A DNA stretch of 61,929 bases, counting the filler. It is 4 parts of 4 records of this genome, joined end to end, with 100 filler letters (N's around TTAATTAATTAA, not from the genome) between each part and the next. Parts side by side here need not be neighbours in the genome. Positions count along the whole stretch, not along the records: positions 1 to 10,838 come from SRR33789315_84; positions 10,939 to 20,953 come from SRR33789315_87; 2 more parts are not named here. The stretch is one strand, 5' to 3'. The notes beneath the pieces are model-generated. The model was given only the letters and a program-made list of their open reading frames with translations, did not search any database and was not told the DNA's origin. Shown in pieces: positions 10,515 to 20,158 of the stretch. Both the position numbers and the translations under genes were made by a program. The stretch's first letter is position 1. Each line of letters begins with the position of its first letter.

Positions 10515-10522
10515 TATCTTTG
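10515..10522 (+). promoter_or_regulatory. Bacteroidota -7 box for the cold-shock gene
   Basis: TATCTTTG, 113 bp upstream of ATG 10636. Confidence 0.65.
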
Positions 10523-10635
10523 CCCCCTAATCAAAGCCTTGGTTTAAAGTTTAATATCTCGTAAGCGATTATTTTATCTTACTTCTTGTTCTTTTACGCT
10601 TTTTCCGAGTCCTTTAATAAATTTTAATACCATAA

Positions 10636-10838
10636 ATGGGGAAATCTCAAGAAACATTCAGTAAAAAAGAAAAAGAAAAAAAACGCAAGAAAAAACGTGA
10701 AGAGAAGCGTTTAAAAATGGAAGAAAGAAAAGCCAACGGTGGCAAAACTTCTTTCGAAGATATGATTACCTACGTGGATGAAAATGGTAATTTCACTGAT
10801 ACTCCACCAGATCCAACCAAGAAGAAAAAGATTAACCC
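10636..10838 (+). CDS. Bacteroidota cold-shock domain protein, N-terminal basic extension (truncated by contig end)
   Basis: MGKSQETFSKKEKEKKR...EDMITYVDENGNFTDTPPDP is the N-terminus I recognise in Bacteroidota CSD proteins; the CSD itself is not in the contig. Confidence 0.75.
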
Positions 10839-10938
10839 NNNNNNNNNNNNNNNNNNNNNNNNNNNNNNNNNNNNNNNNNNNNTTAATTAATTAANNNNNN
10901 NNNNNNNNNNNNNNNNNNNNNNNNNNNNNNNNNNNNNN
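10839..10938. other. Artificial contig spacer
   Basis: N44-TTAATTAATTAA-N44; the linker gives stops in all six frames. Confidence 0.99.
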
Positions 10939-11004
10939 GAAGTGGTAAAAATCACCCTCAATGGCGCTTCTCGTTCATTTTATTGCAGAAACCTTCACCA
11001 TTAC

Positions 11005-11925
11005 TTATGAAGCAGATATATCGAAATTATCCCAGTAGGGCGGTGAGCCAAAATAGCCGTCGATAAAATCAATAAAACATCTGACTTTTTGCGGCAGTAA
11101 TTTTCGGTGGGCATACACGGCATATAAACCCAAGGGTTGCGGTTCATATTCAGGTAATAGCACGATCAGCTTACCCTTGTTGATGGCTTCACTTGCAATA
11201 AAAGTAGGTTGTAAGGCTACTCCGGCCCCAGCGATTGCCGCTTCAACTAATACGTCGCCATTGTTGCTGCATAACTCTGCACTGCGTAAGGTATTTTTAG
11301 CCCGTAGCCACGGATAGATGGCTTCTTTACCTTCCATTTCCATATAGCTGTAGTGCAAATATCGATGATCTTTCAAATCTTCTGGACGACGCGGAATACT
11401 GTGCTTTTTTAGATAGTCTGGAGACGCGCAGAGAATAAGACGTATGGGGGCCACATGCTTAGCGATAAGCGACGAATTTTTTAGCTGACCAATGCGTAGC
11501 GCAATATCAAAACCTTCTTCAACAATATCAACTTTACGGTCGTTTAATTGTAAGTCGACATCGATTAAGGGGTAGTGAGCTTGAAAGTCCGCCACTACTC
11601 TAGCCAAATGTTTGATAGAAAAAGAGACGGGGGCGCTGATCCTCAAAGCACCTTGGGGGGTTTGTTGTAAGCCCCCTAGTTGCTGTTCCATCTCATCAAT
11701 ACTCAATAAAACCTGTTGAGCATGTTGAAAATAGTGCGTTCCAGATTCAGTTAGGCTGACTTTACGTGTACTGCGGTTAAGCAAACGCACGGTAAGTTTG
11801 GTCTCAAGTTGCGACACATATTTACTCACCAACTGGGGAGATAATTGCATTGCCGCAGCGGCATTGCTGAAGCTGCCCTCAGTGACTACTGCGACAAACG
11901 CGCGCATGGCATCAATTCTATCCAT
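11005..11925 (-). CDS. LysR family transcriptional regulator (CrgA-like)
   Basis: GSFSNAA...VSKYVSQLE...LLNRSTRKVSLTE HTH and DIVEEGFDIALR. Confidence 0.95.
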   Translation of the reverse strand: MDRIDAMRAFVAVVTEGSFSNAAAAMQLSPQLVSKYVSQLETKLTVRLLNRSTRKVSLTESGTHYFQHAQQVLLSIDEMEQQLGGLQQTPQGALRISAPVSFSIKHLARVVADFQAHYPLIDVDLQLNDRKVDIVEEGFDIALRIGQLKNSSLIAKHVAPIRLILCASPDYLKKHSIPRRPEDLKDHRYLHYSYMEMEGKEAIYPWLRAKNTLRSAELCSNNGDVLVEAAIAGAGVALQPTFIASEAINKGKLIVLLPEYEPQPLGLYAVYAHRKLLPQKVRCFIDFIDGYFGSPPYWDNFDISAS

Positions 11926-11953
11926 AACTTCTGTTCCCTCGGTTAATTAGATT

Positions 11954-11970
11954 ATCAACAAAATGTTGTT
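11954..11970. promoter_or_regulatory. Putative LysR-binding inverted repeat
   Basis: ATCAACAAAATGTTGTT dyad between divergent lysR and doxX; related TCAATGATAAGGTTGA at 11996-12011. Confidence 0.45.
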
Positions 11971-12075
11971 AATAATTCAATAATACACATCTTACTCAAT
12001 GATAAGGTTGATAGTAAAGTATGTTCATCCCATCTGGGACAAGCTTATTCACACTACTTTATTGAGGAAAATATT

Positions 12076-12528
12076 ATGTCATCAGCGATTACTAAAATTT
12101 TATTTACATCTAACGCAGGATTAGGCGCACTACTATTACGTATTCCTGTCGGTATTATTTTATTTGCCCATGGCGCCCAAAAATTATTTGGGTGGTTTGG
12201 TGGTTATGGTTTAGCAGGTACCGGTCAATGGATGACTAGCATTGGCATTGAGCCAGGCTATGTAATGGCGCTTTTGGCTGGCAGTGCCGAGTTTTTTGGC
12301 GGCCTCGCTTTGGTACTTGGCCTACTTACCCGACCTGCTGCTGTCGTGACTGCTTTTACCATGCTAGTAGCTATCTTTAGTGTGCATCTTAGCAGTGGTT
12401 TATTTGCAGCAAATGGCGGTTACGAATTTGCTTTGAGTTTGCTGGCGGCAACGGTGACACTGGCTGTTCAAGGCGGCGGTACGCTGTCTATTGATAACAT
12501 TTTTCAAGCGCGTTTGAACAATAAATAG
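12076..12528 (+). CDS. DoxX family membrane protein
   Basis: LLLRIPVG...HGAQKLFGWFGG, AEFFGG and NGGYE motifs. Confidence 0.92.
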   Translation: MSSAITKILFTSNAGLGALLLRIPVGIILFAHGAQKLFGWFGGYGLAGTGQWMTSIGIEPGYVMALLAGSAEFFGGLALVLGLLTRPAAVVTAFTMLVAIFSVHLSSGLFAANGGYEFALSLLAATVTLAVQGGGTLSIDNIFQARLNNK

Positions 12529-12589
12529 CGTGTTTTAGGTTAAAGATAGCTGTTTGTTCATCTCACCTGATTCTTAGTCATTCAATTAA

Positions 12590-12612
12590 ATGGCCCAATA
12601 AGGTTGGGCCAT
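12590..12612 (+). terminator. Intergenic stem-loop (weak terminator or mRNA stabiliser)
   Basis: ATGGCCCAA-taagg-TTGGGCCAT; poor U-tract. Confidence 0.5.
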
Positions 12613-12635
12613 ATTCCTTTCAGAGGTCATTCGTT

Positions 12636-13571
12636 ATGTTAGTTAATGGTATATGGAAAGAAAACTGGCAGCCCGTGCAAGCAAAAGATGCGCAAGGGCG
12701 CTTTATTCGACAACACTCGTCATTCCGCAATTGGATAACCGTGGATGGTTCTGCCGGAGTAACTGGCAAGGGCGGCTTTAAAGCGCAAGCAAATCGCTAT
12801 CATTTGTATGTAGCTTATATATGCCCTTGGGCCTCAAGAGCCTTAATGGCAAGACAGTTCAAAAACCTACACGATCTGATTAGTATTACCGTCGTCAACC
12901 CACAATTAGGCGATCAAGGATGGGCTTTTGGTGGTTACCCTGGGGCAGTAGGCGAAGTCTTTCAGAATATGCAATACATGCATCAGTTGTATAGCTATGC
13001 TGATGCCGATTTTAGCGGCCGTGCTACCGTGCCCGTACTGTGGGATAAACAAGGTCAATGTATCGTTAACAATGAATCTGCCGACATTCTTCGCATGTTA
13101 AACACGGCGTTTGACCATTTAGCTAAGCCCTCTGGCAATTTATATCCAGATGACTTAAGAGAGCAAATCGATGAGTTGAATCAATATCTCTATGAAAATT
13201 TGAATAATGGGGTGTATAGGGCGGGTTTTGCCACGACTCAGCAAGCCTATGAAGAAGCTTATTTGAATGTGTTTAAGGCCCTGGATTTAATGGAAGCTAA
13301 ACTCGCAGATGGTCGCCGCTATTTATTTGGCGAGCAATTCAGCGAAAGCGATATCCGCTTATTTGTTACCTTGATCCGCTTTGATGCAGCTTATTTTGGT
13401 TTATTTAAATGTAATCGAAACCAACTTAAAGATATGCCGAGCTTGAATGCCTATACGCAGCGCATTTTAGCCATGCCTGGTATGTCGGATACCGTCAATA
13501 TTGAGCACATTAAGGCGGGGTATTATTCTATAAAAGCACTCAATCCAAACGGTATTATTCCCCTAGGATAA
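12636..13571 (+). CDS. Glutathionyl-hydroquinone reductase (YqjG/ECM4-like GST)
   Basis: RYHLYVAYICPWA, TVPVLWD, VNNESADI and NNGVYRAGFA motifs. Confidence 0.92.
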   Translation: MLVNGIWKENWQPVQAKDAQGRFIRQHSSFRNWITVDGSAGVTGKGGFKAQANRYHLYVAYICPWASRALMARQFKNLHDLISITVVNPQLGDQGWAFGGYPGAVGEVFQNMQYMHQLYSYADADFSGRATVPVLWDKQGQCIVNNESADILRMLNTAFDHLAKPSGNLYPDDLREQIDELNQYLYENLNNGVYRAGFATTQQAYEEAYLNVFKALDLMEAKLADGRRYLFGEQFSESDIRLFVTLIRFDAAYFGLFKCNRNQLKDMPSLNAYTQRILAMPGMSDTVNIEHIKAGYYSIKALNPNGIIPLG

Positions 13572-13581
13572 GCAACAATTG

Positions 13582-13608
13582 CACCCTGCAATTAATTATT
13601 GCAGGGTG
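13582..13608. terminator. Stem-loop between convergent genes
   Basis: CACCCTGCAAT-taatt-ATTGCAGGGTG. Confidence 0.65.
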
Positions 13609-13629
13609 ATAAATTACGAGCGTAGTTTA

Positions 13630-14355
13630 TTAATTTGCCCTTTTTAGTTTTGGTTCAACCGCATGAATTATTTTGAAATCTTTAAAATAGCCTTCAGTGC
13701 CTATGTCGACATAAAAGCCAATGCTGCCGAATTTAGACGTACCTTTCATTTTATTCACGATAAAAGAAGGGTATTTAGCATCGTTCAGATATAAGTCTGC
13801 GCGTTCACCACTGACATGAATACGCATCGTTATCCATTCATCTAAACCAATGTCGGCATAGGTTTCATATAGGCCGGGTGATTGCTCACGTAATTTATCA
13901 AACTTAAACCCAGGGTAAGCGAAATACTGTACCGCATGATTTCTATAGGCTTGGATATCTGCTTGACCTGCATTAGGGCGTAAATAAATGGATTCAAAGG
14001 CTGAATTGTCAGCGGCAGCCCTAAAGTGCACACCAATAAAACCTTGCGATCCAGCATAAGGATTAGGGCGCTGTATACGAGCCAGCACTTTGACTTCGAA
14101 AATCGCATCTACAAATTCAAAATCCTTTAATTTTACATAAGTAGGCTCATCAACTGTTTCGCCTAGTTTATTAATGTCAAAGGGTAAGGCCTTTAAATCA
14201 CGCTCGACTTTAAGGACCTGCTCCCCCTTTAATGTGACTACCGATGCGTTGACCAAATTGAGTTCAAATTTACGTCCTTCCCATTCAATCGTCTCGGCAA
14301 AAATGTGAGAGGAAAGAAATATAAGGCTTACTAATCCTAGAGTTTTAAATTTCAT
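13630..14355 (-). CDS. Secreted DUF1080-like (concanavalin-fold) protein
   Basis: Signal peptide; FEVKV...GFIGVHFR...ESIYLRP...EWITMRIHV...GSIGF...GYFKDF pattern. Confidence 0.65.
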   Translation of the reverse strand: MKFKTLGLVSLIFLSSHIFAETIEWEGRKFELNLVNASVVTLKGEQVLKVERDLKALPFDINKLGETVDEPTYVKLKDFEFVDAIFEVKVLARIQRPNPYAGSQGFIGVHFRAAADNSAFESIYLRPNAGQADIQAYRNHAVQYFAYPGFKFDKLREQSPGLYETYADIGLDEWITMRIHVSGERADLYLNDAKYPSFIVNKMKGTSKFGSIGFYVDIGTEGYFKDFKIIHAVEPKLKRAN

Positions 14356-14582
14356 GGTGTTTCCTGTTAACGTGTTGGTTGAGTAGATTGTATGGATAGA
14401 TAAAGAGCAGAAAAAGCTGGCTTACATTGGAAGACTCGAAACATTTTGTTTCTAATCATGTAAAAAAATGAAGATTAAGTTAAATAGGAATAAAGTAAAT
14501 ACAAAAATGAATCGTGTAACTGTGTTATCAAGCAAGTTGCTTTATGCTTAGTTACCTGTATGCGTCATCTTAAGTGTAAAAA

Positions 14583-17063
14583 ATGTTTAAATCATTTTGT
14601 TTGGTTATGGTTGTGTTAAGCAGCCTCTCGGCATTATTTGGCGCCTCAGTTCATGCGCAACCACTTAGGTTATGGTACGACAAGCCAGCCAACCGGTGGG
14701 AAGAAGCCTTGCCCTTGGGCAATGGGCGACTTGGAGCTATGGTTTATGGTTCTGTAACTACTGAAAACATTCAATTAAACGAAGATACTTTTTGGGCAGG
14801 TGGTCCACACAACAATCTCAATCTAGCCGCCGTGCATGCTTTGCCAGAAATCCGCAAATTAATAGAACAAGATGACTTTGTTGCAGCCTCAACACTGGCA
14901 GAAAAAACAATCACCAGTCAGGGCGCTCAAGGGATGCCATACCAAACTGCGGGTACGCTGACTTTAAATTTTGAAAACCAGTTGAGTTTCACCGACTATT
15001 ATCGCGAATTAGATTTACAACAGGCCGTGACACGCACCCATTACCAAGTGGGTGATATTCGTTATGAACGGAATATCTATAGCTCGTTTGCTGAACAGGT
15101 GATTGTTATTCATCTCAAAGCCAGTCAAGCCAAAGCGTTAAGTTTTACCCTTAGCCTAAACCACTCAAATAATATGCAAGTCAGTGCCGATGCCAAGCAG
15201 GGCTTGTTAACAATGCAAGGCCTTTCAAATGAGCATGAAGGCATCAAAGGGCAGGTTAAGCTGGTTAATTTGGCCAAAATTGTGCAATCCGATGGTTACA
15301 TTAAGCAGAGTGATAGCCATTTAAATATTAGTGAGGCCTCTGAAGTGGTCATATTAGTTTCGATGGCAACAAATTTTGTTAATTATCAAGATATTAGCGG
15401 CGATGCCATGAAGCGAGCGACCCAATACCTTAATGAGGCTGAATTTAAATTTAAAAATAGACAAGACACCGAACAACAGTTGCAACTGCATGTTAAGGCT
15501 TATCAGCAGTATTTTAATCGTGTCTCTTTAGATTTGGGCACTAATGACTTTGCCATGGAGCCGACCGACCAACGTATTCGAGAATTTCCTCACCGTTATG
15601 ATCCCGCCATGGTGGCCCTGTATTTTCAATTTGGACGTTATTTATTGATTTCATCTTCGCAACCCGGCACTCAGGCTGCTAATTTGCAAGGTATCTGGAA
15701 TGCCAGTTCACAACCTGCATGGGATAGTAAATATACCTTAAATATCAATGCTCAGATGAATTATTGGCCCGCTGAAGTGACTAATTTAAGTGAGTTACAC
15801 CAACCCTTTCTTGCACTAATCAAAGATTTGTCTCAGAGCGGACAACACAGTGCTGAGCTGATGTATGGCACACGCGGTTGGATGGCTCATCACAATACCG
15901 ATATCTGGCGAGTAAGTGGTGGCATAGACGCATCATGGGGCGCTTGGCCCACCAGTAACGCTTGGCTTGTGCAGCATTTATGGGAGCATTACCTTTACAC
16001 GGGGGATAAAGCATTTCTGCGTGAGGTTTACCCCATTATGCAGTCAGCCTGTTATTTTTTTGAAGATTTTCTAATAAGCGATCCCGATACAGGGTGGCTG
16101 ATTGTTTCGCCCTCAATGTCGCCAGAAAATGCAGCTCATACCAGCGGCAAAAAAATCGCCGCTGGGGTGACCATGGACAATCAACTTATGTTTGATTTAT
16201 TCACTCACAGTATTGCGGCCGCGAAGATTTTAAATCTGGGCAACCAGGATAGAGCAAAATGGCAATCTATTATTGCGCAACTGCCACCTATGCAAATAGG
16301 TCAATATCACCAGTTACAAGAATGGCTCGATGATTGGGATAACCCCCAAGACAAACATCGCCATGTGTCACACTTATATGGCCTATATCCGAGCAACCAG
16401 ATATCACCTCTTCGCAGCCCCGAATTATTTAACGCCGCTCGAGTCTCTCTTGAGCAGCGAGGCGATCCGTCCACCGGTTGGTCTATGAATTGGAAAATCA
16501 ATTTATGGGCTCGCTTACTTGATGGCAATCGAGCACTTAAACTAATTAGTGAGCAAATAAAACCCGCTAATAGCGGCGCGTTTGAAAGTGGCGGCACCTA
16601 TCCTAATATGTTTGATGCCCACCCGCCTTTTCAAATTGACGGTAATTTTGGCTTTACCTCAGGCATCGCCGAAATGTTAGCGCAAAGTCATGATGGTGCC
16701 ATTTATCTATTGCCGGCTTTACCCACCGTCTGGACAGAAGGAGAAGTTAAAGGTCTAGTCATGCGTGGTGGTTTTGTATTGGACATGGGCTGGGAAAAGC
16801 AACAATTGACCTACCTAAAAATCGAGTCACGATTAGGTGGCAATTTACGTATTCGCAGCAATTCACCTTTACCTAAACCTCAAGGTTTTAGCGTAGCCAA
16901 GGCACAAGCTGAGAATAGCAATCCATTTTATGCCCTAGCGCAGATAAAACCGGCAATTAAACACACAAAGCTTACGTTACCCCAGTTGAGTTTAACCAAT
17001 ACATTTTTACTCGATGTGGCTACCGTCGCGGGAAAAAGCTATGAATGGAAATTAGAAAATTAG
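14583..17063 (+). CDS. Glycoside hydrolase family 95 (alpha-L-fucosidase / alpha-L-galactosidase), secreted
   Basis: WEEALPLGNGRLGAM, FQFGRYLLISSS, HRHVSHLYG and HPPFQIDGNFG motifs. Confidence 0.95.
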   Translation: MFKSFCLVMVVLSSLSALFGASVHAQPLRLWYDKPANRWEEALPLGNGRLGAMVYGSVTTENIQLNEDTFWAGGPHNNLNLAAVHALPEIRKLIEQDDFVAASTLAEKTITSQGAQGMPYQTAGTLTLNFENQLSFTDYYRELDLQQAVTRTHYQVGDIRYERNIYSSFAEQVIVIHLKASQAKALSFTLSLNHSNNMQVSADAKQGLLTMQGLSNEHEGIKGQVKLVNLAKIVQSDGYIKQSDSHLNISEASEVVILVSMATNFVNYQDISGDAMKRATQYLNEAEFKFKNRQDTEQQLQLHVKAYQQYFNRVSLDLGTNDFAMEPTDQRIREFPHRYDPAMVALYFQFGRYLLISSSQPGTQAANLQGIWNASSQPAWDSKYTLNINAQMNYWPAEVTNLSELHQPFLALIKDLSQSGQHSAELMYGTRGWMAHHNTDIWRVSGGIDASWGAWPTSNAWLVQHLWEHYLYTGDKAFLREVYPIMQSACYFFEDFLISDPDTGWLIVSPSMSPENAAHTSGKKIAAGVTMDNQLMFDLFTHSIAAAKILNLGNQDRAKWQSIIAQLPPMQIGQYHQLQEWLDDWDNPQDKHRHVSHLYGLYPSNQISPLRSPELFNAARVSLEQRGDPSTGWSMNWKINLWARLLDGNRALKLISEQIKPANSGAFESGGTYPNMFDAHPPFQIDGNFGFTSGIAEMLAQSHDGAIYLLPALPTVWTEGEVKGLVMRGGFVLDMGWEKQQLTYLKIESRLGGNLRIRSNSPLPKPQGFSVAKAQAENSNPFYALAQIKPAIKHTKLTLPQLSLTNTFLLDVATVAGKSYEWKLEN

Positions 17064-17220
17064 CTTAAGTAGCGGCAAATCATTTTGTATATCACTATTG
17101 AACATGTATAAATTATAATCGTTCTTAAACCTAGTCTGTGTTTAATTGATTTATTGGTTGTTTAATACGGTACAGTTACCTTATGCTTAGCCTATCTTGT
17201 TATGCAGTTCACAGATAGCT

Positions 17221-17454
17221 ATGTTGCCTTTAAAAAAGAAAAAAAGTGAATCTCGTCGGTTAAGTCAATTGGCTCACGTTCCTGTTCATTGCCGTTGCGG
17301 TGGCGAGCCAAGTAAGCCGGTATTAGTACCAAATTGCGTAAATCGATGGCGGATACAGTGTAAAGTGCCACATTGCTGTGCTAGAAATGAAGGGCAAGGT
17401 TTGAGTGACACTATTCTTGGTTGGAATAGATTAAGTATGCATTTTTATCGTTAG
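17221..17454 (+). CDS. Small basic Cys-rich protein, Lar-like zinc ribbon
   Basis: CRCGGEP...IQCKVPHCCA...ILGWNR; ATG at 17221. Confidence 0.55.
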   Translation: MLPLKKKKSESRRLSQLAHVPVHCRCGGEPSKPVLVPNCVNRWRIQCKVPHCCARNEGQGLSDTILGWNRLSMHFYR

Positions 17455-17590
17455 TCGTTTTTTAAGTTAAGATTTGCAATTATTAGTCACTGGGACGTAA
17501 ATAGTAACGCCAAATCCTACCACTTTTTTTACTCCTAGAGATTTAATCTGTTTTGTATTTTTGTTGTTTACAAAGTGATTGAGGCAAAAG

Positions 17591-18235
17591 TTGATAAAGT
17601 TGTTATTGGTTGATGACCACGAATTAGTCAGAACGGGTATTCGTCGCATACTTGAAGATGTTAATGACTTCAGTGTTGTTGGTGTGGCAATTAATGGTGA
17701 AGAAGCCGTTAAATTTTGCCGTAGAAACGCGCCTGATATAGTGCTGATGGACATGAGTATGCCTGGTATGGGTGGTTTAGAAGCCACCAAACAAATATTA
17801 CGATTTTCAGAGCAAGTACGAATTATTGTACTGTCGGTACACAAAGAAAACCCTATCCCAGCGAAGGTGATGCAAATGGGTGCCTTTGGTTACCTAACCA
17901 AAGACTCGGATCCTGAGGAAATGATCAGGGCAATTCGCAAGGTTGCTGCAGGGCAAAAATACGTTTCACCCGATATCGCACAGCAAATAGCCATAGGTCA
18001 ATTGAATTTAAAAGAAGGTAATCCCTTTGAGCAATTGTCTGAACGCGAGTTAGAGATTGCCCTTATGTTAACCAAAGGTGCTAAGGTGCCTGACATTGCT
18101 GCCTTTCTAAATATTAGTGCAAAAACCGTTAATACCCATCGTTACCGTATGTTTGAAAAACTCGCGGTATGCAACGATGTTGAATTGACGCATTTAGCCC
18201 TGAGAAACAAGTTAATAAATTCTGATCAACTTTAA
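17591..18235 (+). CDS. uvrY: UvrY/GacA response regulator
   Basis: VDDHELVRTG, DMSMPGMGGLEAT and LuxR HTH; TTG start after GAGG; directly upstream of uvrC. Confidence 0.95.
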   Translation: MIKLLLVDDHELVRTGIRRILEDVNDFSVVGVAINGEEAVKFCRRNAPDIVLMDMSMPGMGGLEATKQILRFSEQVRIIVLSVHKENPIPAKVMQMGAFGYLTKDSDPEEMIRAIRKVAAGQKYVSPDIAQQIAIGQLNLKEGNPFEQLSERELEIALMLTKGAKVPDIAAFLNISAKTVNTHRYRMFEKLAVCNDVELTHLALRNKLINSDQL

Positions 18236-18238
18236 ATC

Positions 18239-20065
18239 ATGTCCAACCCCGAACGCTTTAATCACAGTGACTTTCTAAAAAACCTAAGCAGTGAGCCGGG
18301 CGTTTACCGGATGTACAATCACAAGCAAGAAGTCATTTATGTAGGTAAAGCTAAAAATCTGAAAAAACGGGTAAGCAGTTATTTTCGGAAAAACGTAGAT
18401 AGTATTAAAACCCGTTCATTGGTGAGTCAAATTCAAGATATGGATGTCACTGTTGTTAACAGTGAAGTGGAAGCTTTTATTCTTGAAAACAACTATATAA
18501 AAAAATACAAGCCTCGCTATAACGTGCTGCTACGGGATGATAAATCCTACCCTTTCATATTGTTATCTGACCATGAACACCCGCGCCTCAGTAATCATCG
18601 AGGCCCACGTAAACTGAAAGGCGAATACTTTGGCCCTTATCCCAGTGCATGGGCTGTACGCGAGAGTTTACGTACTATGCAGCGCTTGTTTCCGATTCGT
18701 CAATGTGAAGACAGTTATTATCGAGCCCGTACGCGGCCCTGTCTGCAATATCAGTTAAAACGTTGTGCTGGCCCCTGTGTAGAGGGGTTAGTTAGCAATG
18801 AGGAGTATGCCCAACAAGTAGAACTGGCCCGTTTATTTTTAAAAGGTAAAAATAAGCTGGTTATTGATTCATTGGTGAAAAAGATGGAAGTAGCCAGTGA
18901 TACTTTGCAATTTGAAGCGGCAGGGCGTTATCGCGATCAAATTGGTGCACTCAATAAAATTCAAGAGCAACAATGGGTCAGCGGCGACCAGCAAGAGTTA
19001 GATGTGTTTGGTTTTGCCTATCGTAACGGGATTGCGAGTATTTATGGTTTATTTATTCGTGATAATAAATTACTCGGTAGTAAGAGTTTTTATCCAAAGG
19101 TTCCAGCCCAATCCAGTGCTGAAGAGGTATTTCAATCTTTTATTCTGCAATTCTATCTGGCGGGTAATAAACTCATCCCAAAACAAATTGTTATTCCACA
19201 AGAATTAGTGGAGCAAGAGGCAATCGAATTACTACTCAGTAAAGAGGCGGGTCGTAAAATTCAGTTTTTCAAAGGGGCCAGAGAAGAAAAAAGGCGGTAT
19301 TTACAGATTGCCAATAATAATGCCGAAAATGCCTTAATAGCCAAACAAAGCCAGCAAAAGTCGGTATATGCGCGTTTTTTAGAGCTAGAAACAATACTCG
19401 AATTTGAACAACCTATCCAACGTATGGAGTGTTTTGATATAAGTCATACATCGGGTGAGTTAACAGTTGCTTCTTGCGTGGTGTTTAACCGTGATGGGCC
19501 ATACAAAACTGATTATCGCCGCTATAACATCGAAGGTATTACACCAGGTGATGATTATGCTGCCATGGCACAAGCGTTAGCCCGGCGTTATCGTGATGTA
19601 AAAGATGAGGCAAAAATTCCAGATATTCTATTTATAGATGGCGGTAAAGGGCAGTTAGCGCAGGCGGAAGATTATTTTGAAACGTGGAAACAAGCCAAAA
19701 AGCCACTGCTTATTGGTGTTGCCAAAGGTAGTAGCCGCAAGGCAGGACTAGAAACACTTATTTTAGCAGGCAGCCATGCCACTATCCCCATGGCCAGTGA
19801 TTCAATTGCCTTGCACCTCATTCAGCATATTAGAGACGAGGCCCATCGCTTTGCCATTACTGGCCACCGCGGCCGTCGTCAAAAAGACAAAAACACCTCT
19901 AAGCTCGAATCTATACCGGGCATTGGCGCTAAGAAGCGGCAAAGTTTACTCAAGTATATGGGCGGCTTACAAGGCATACTGCAGGCGAGCAAAGATGAAT
20001 TGGCAAAGGTGCCTGGCATTAGTGAAGACTTGGCAGAAATAATTTATGACCAACTTCATCACTAA
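18239..20065 (+). CDS. uvrC: Excinuclease ABC subunit C
   Basis: GIY-YIG (PGVYRM...IYVGKAKNL), FDISH, IDGGKGQL and HhH motifs. Confidence 0.97.
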   Translation: MSNPERFNHSDFLKNLSSEPGVYRMYNHKQEVIYVGKAKNLKKRVSSYFRKNVDSIKTRSLVSQIQDMDVTVVNSEVEAFILENNYIKKYKPRYNVLLRDDKSYPFILLSDHEHPRLSNHRGPRKLKGEYFGPYPSAWAVRESLRTMQRLFPIRQCEDSYYRARTRPCLQYQLKRCAGPCVEGLVSNEEYAQQVELARLFLKGKNKLVIDSLVKKMEVASDTLQFEAAGRYRDQIGALNKIQEQQWVSGDQQELDVFGFAYRNGIASIYGLFIRDNKLLGSKSFYPKVPAQSSAEEVFQSFILQFYLAGNKLIPKQIVIPQELVEQEAIELLLSKEAGRKIQFFKGAREEKRRYLQIANNNAENALIAKQSQQKSVYARFLELETILEFEQPIQRMECFDISHTSGELTVASCVVFNRDGPYKTDYRRYNIEGITPGDDYAAMAQALARRYRDVKDEAKIPDILFIDGGKGQLAQAEDYFETWKQAKKPLLIGVAKGSSRKAGLETLILAGSHATIPMASDSIALHLIQHIRDEAHRFAITGHRGRRQKDKNTSKLESIPGIGAKKRQSLLKYMGGLQGILQASKDELAKVPGISEDLAEIIYDQLHH

Positions 20066-20158
20066 TTCAGAAGTAAAAAATTGTTGTAGCTGTGCCAATA
20101 TAAAGGTAGAAAGTGACGTTGATTTTAAGTTGTTAATTTTAGGGTGAAAAATAACCAC

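Noticed and set aside
10636-10890. ORF track call extending through the Ns
   Set aside because: Real sequence ends at 10838; the stop comes from the linker
10883-10894. TTAATTAATTAA palindrome repeated three times in the window
   Set aside because: Always centred in N-runs; an artificial six-frame-stop linker
17467-17844. 125-aa minus-strand ORF, and similar shadow ORFs such as 20125-20571, 8646-8975, 51859-52212 and 52830-53153
   Set aside because: Antisense or out-of-frame overlaps of well-supported genes with no recognisable motifs
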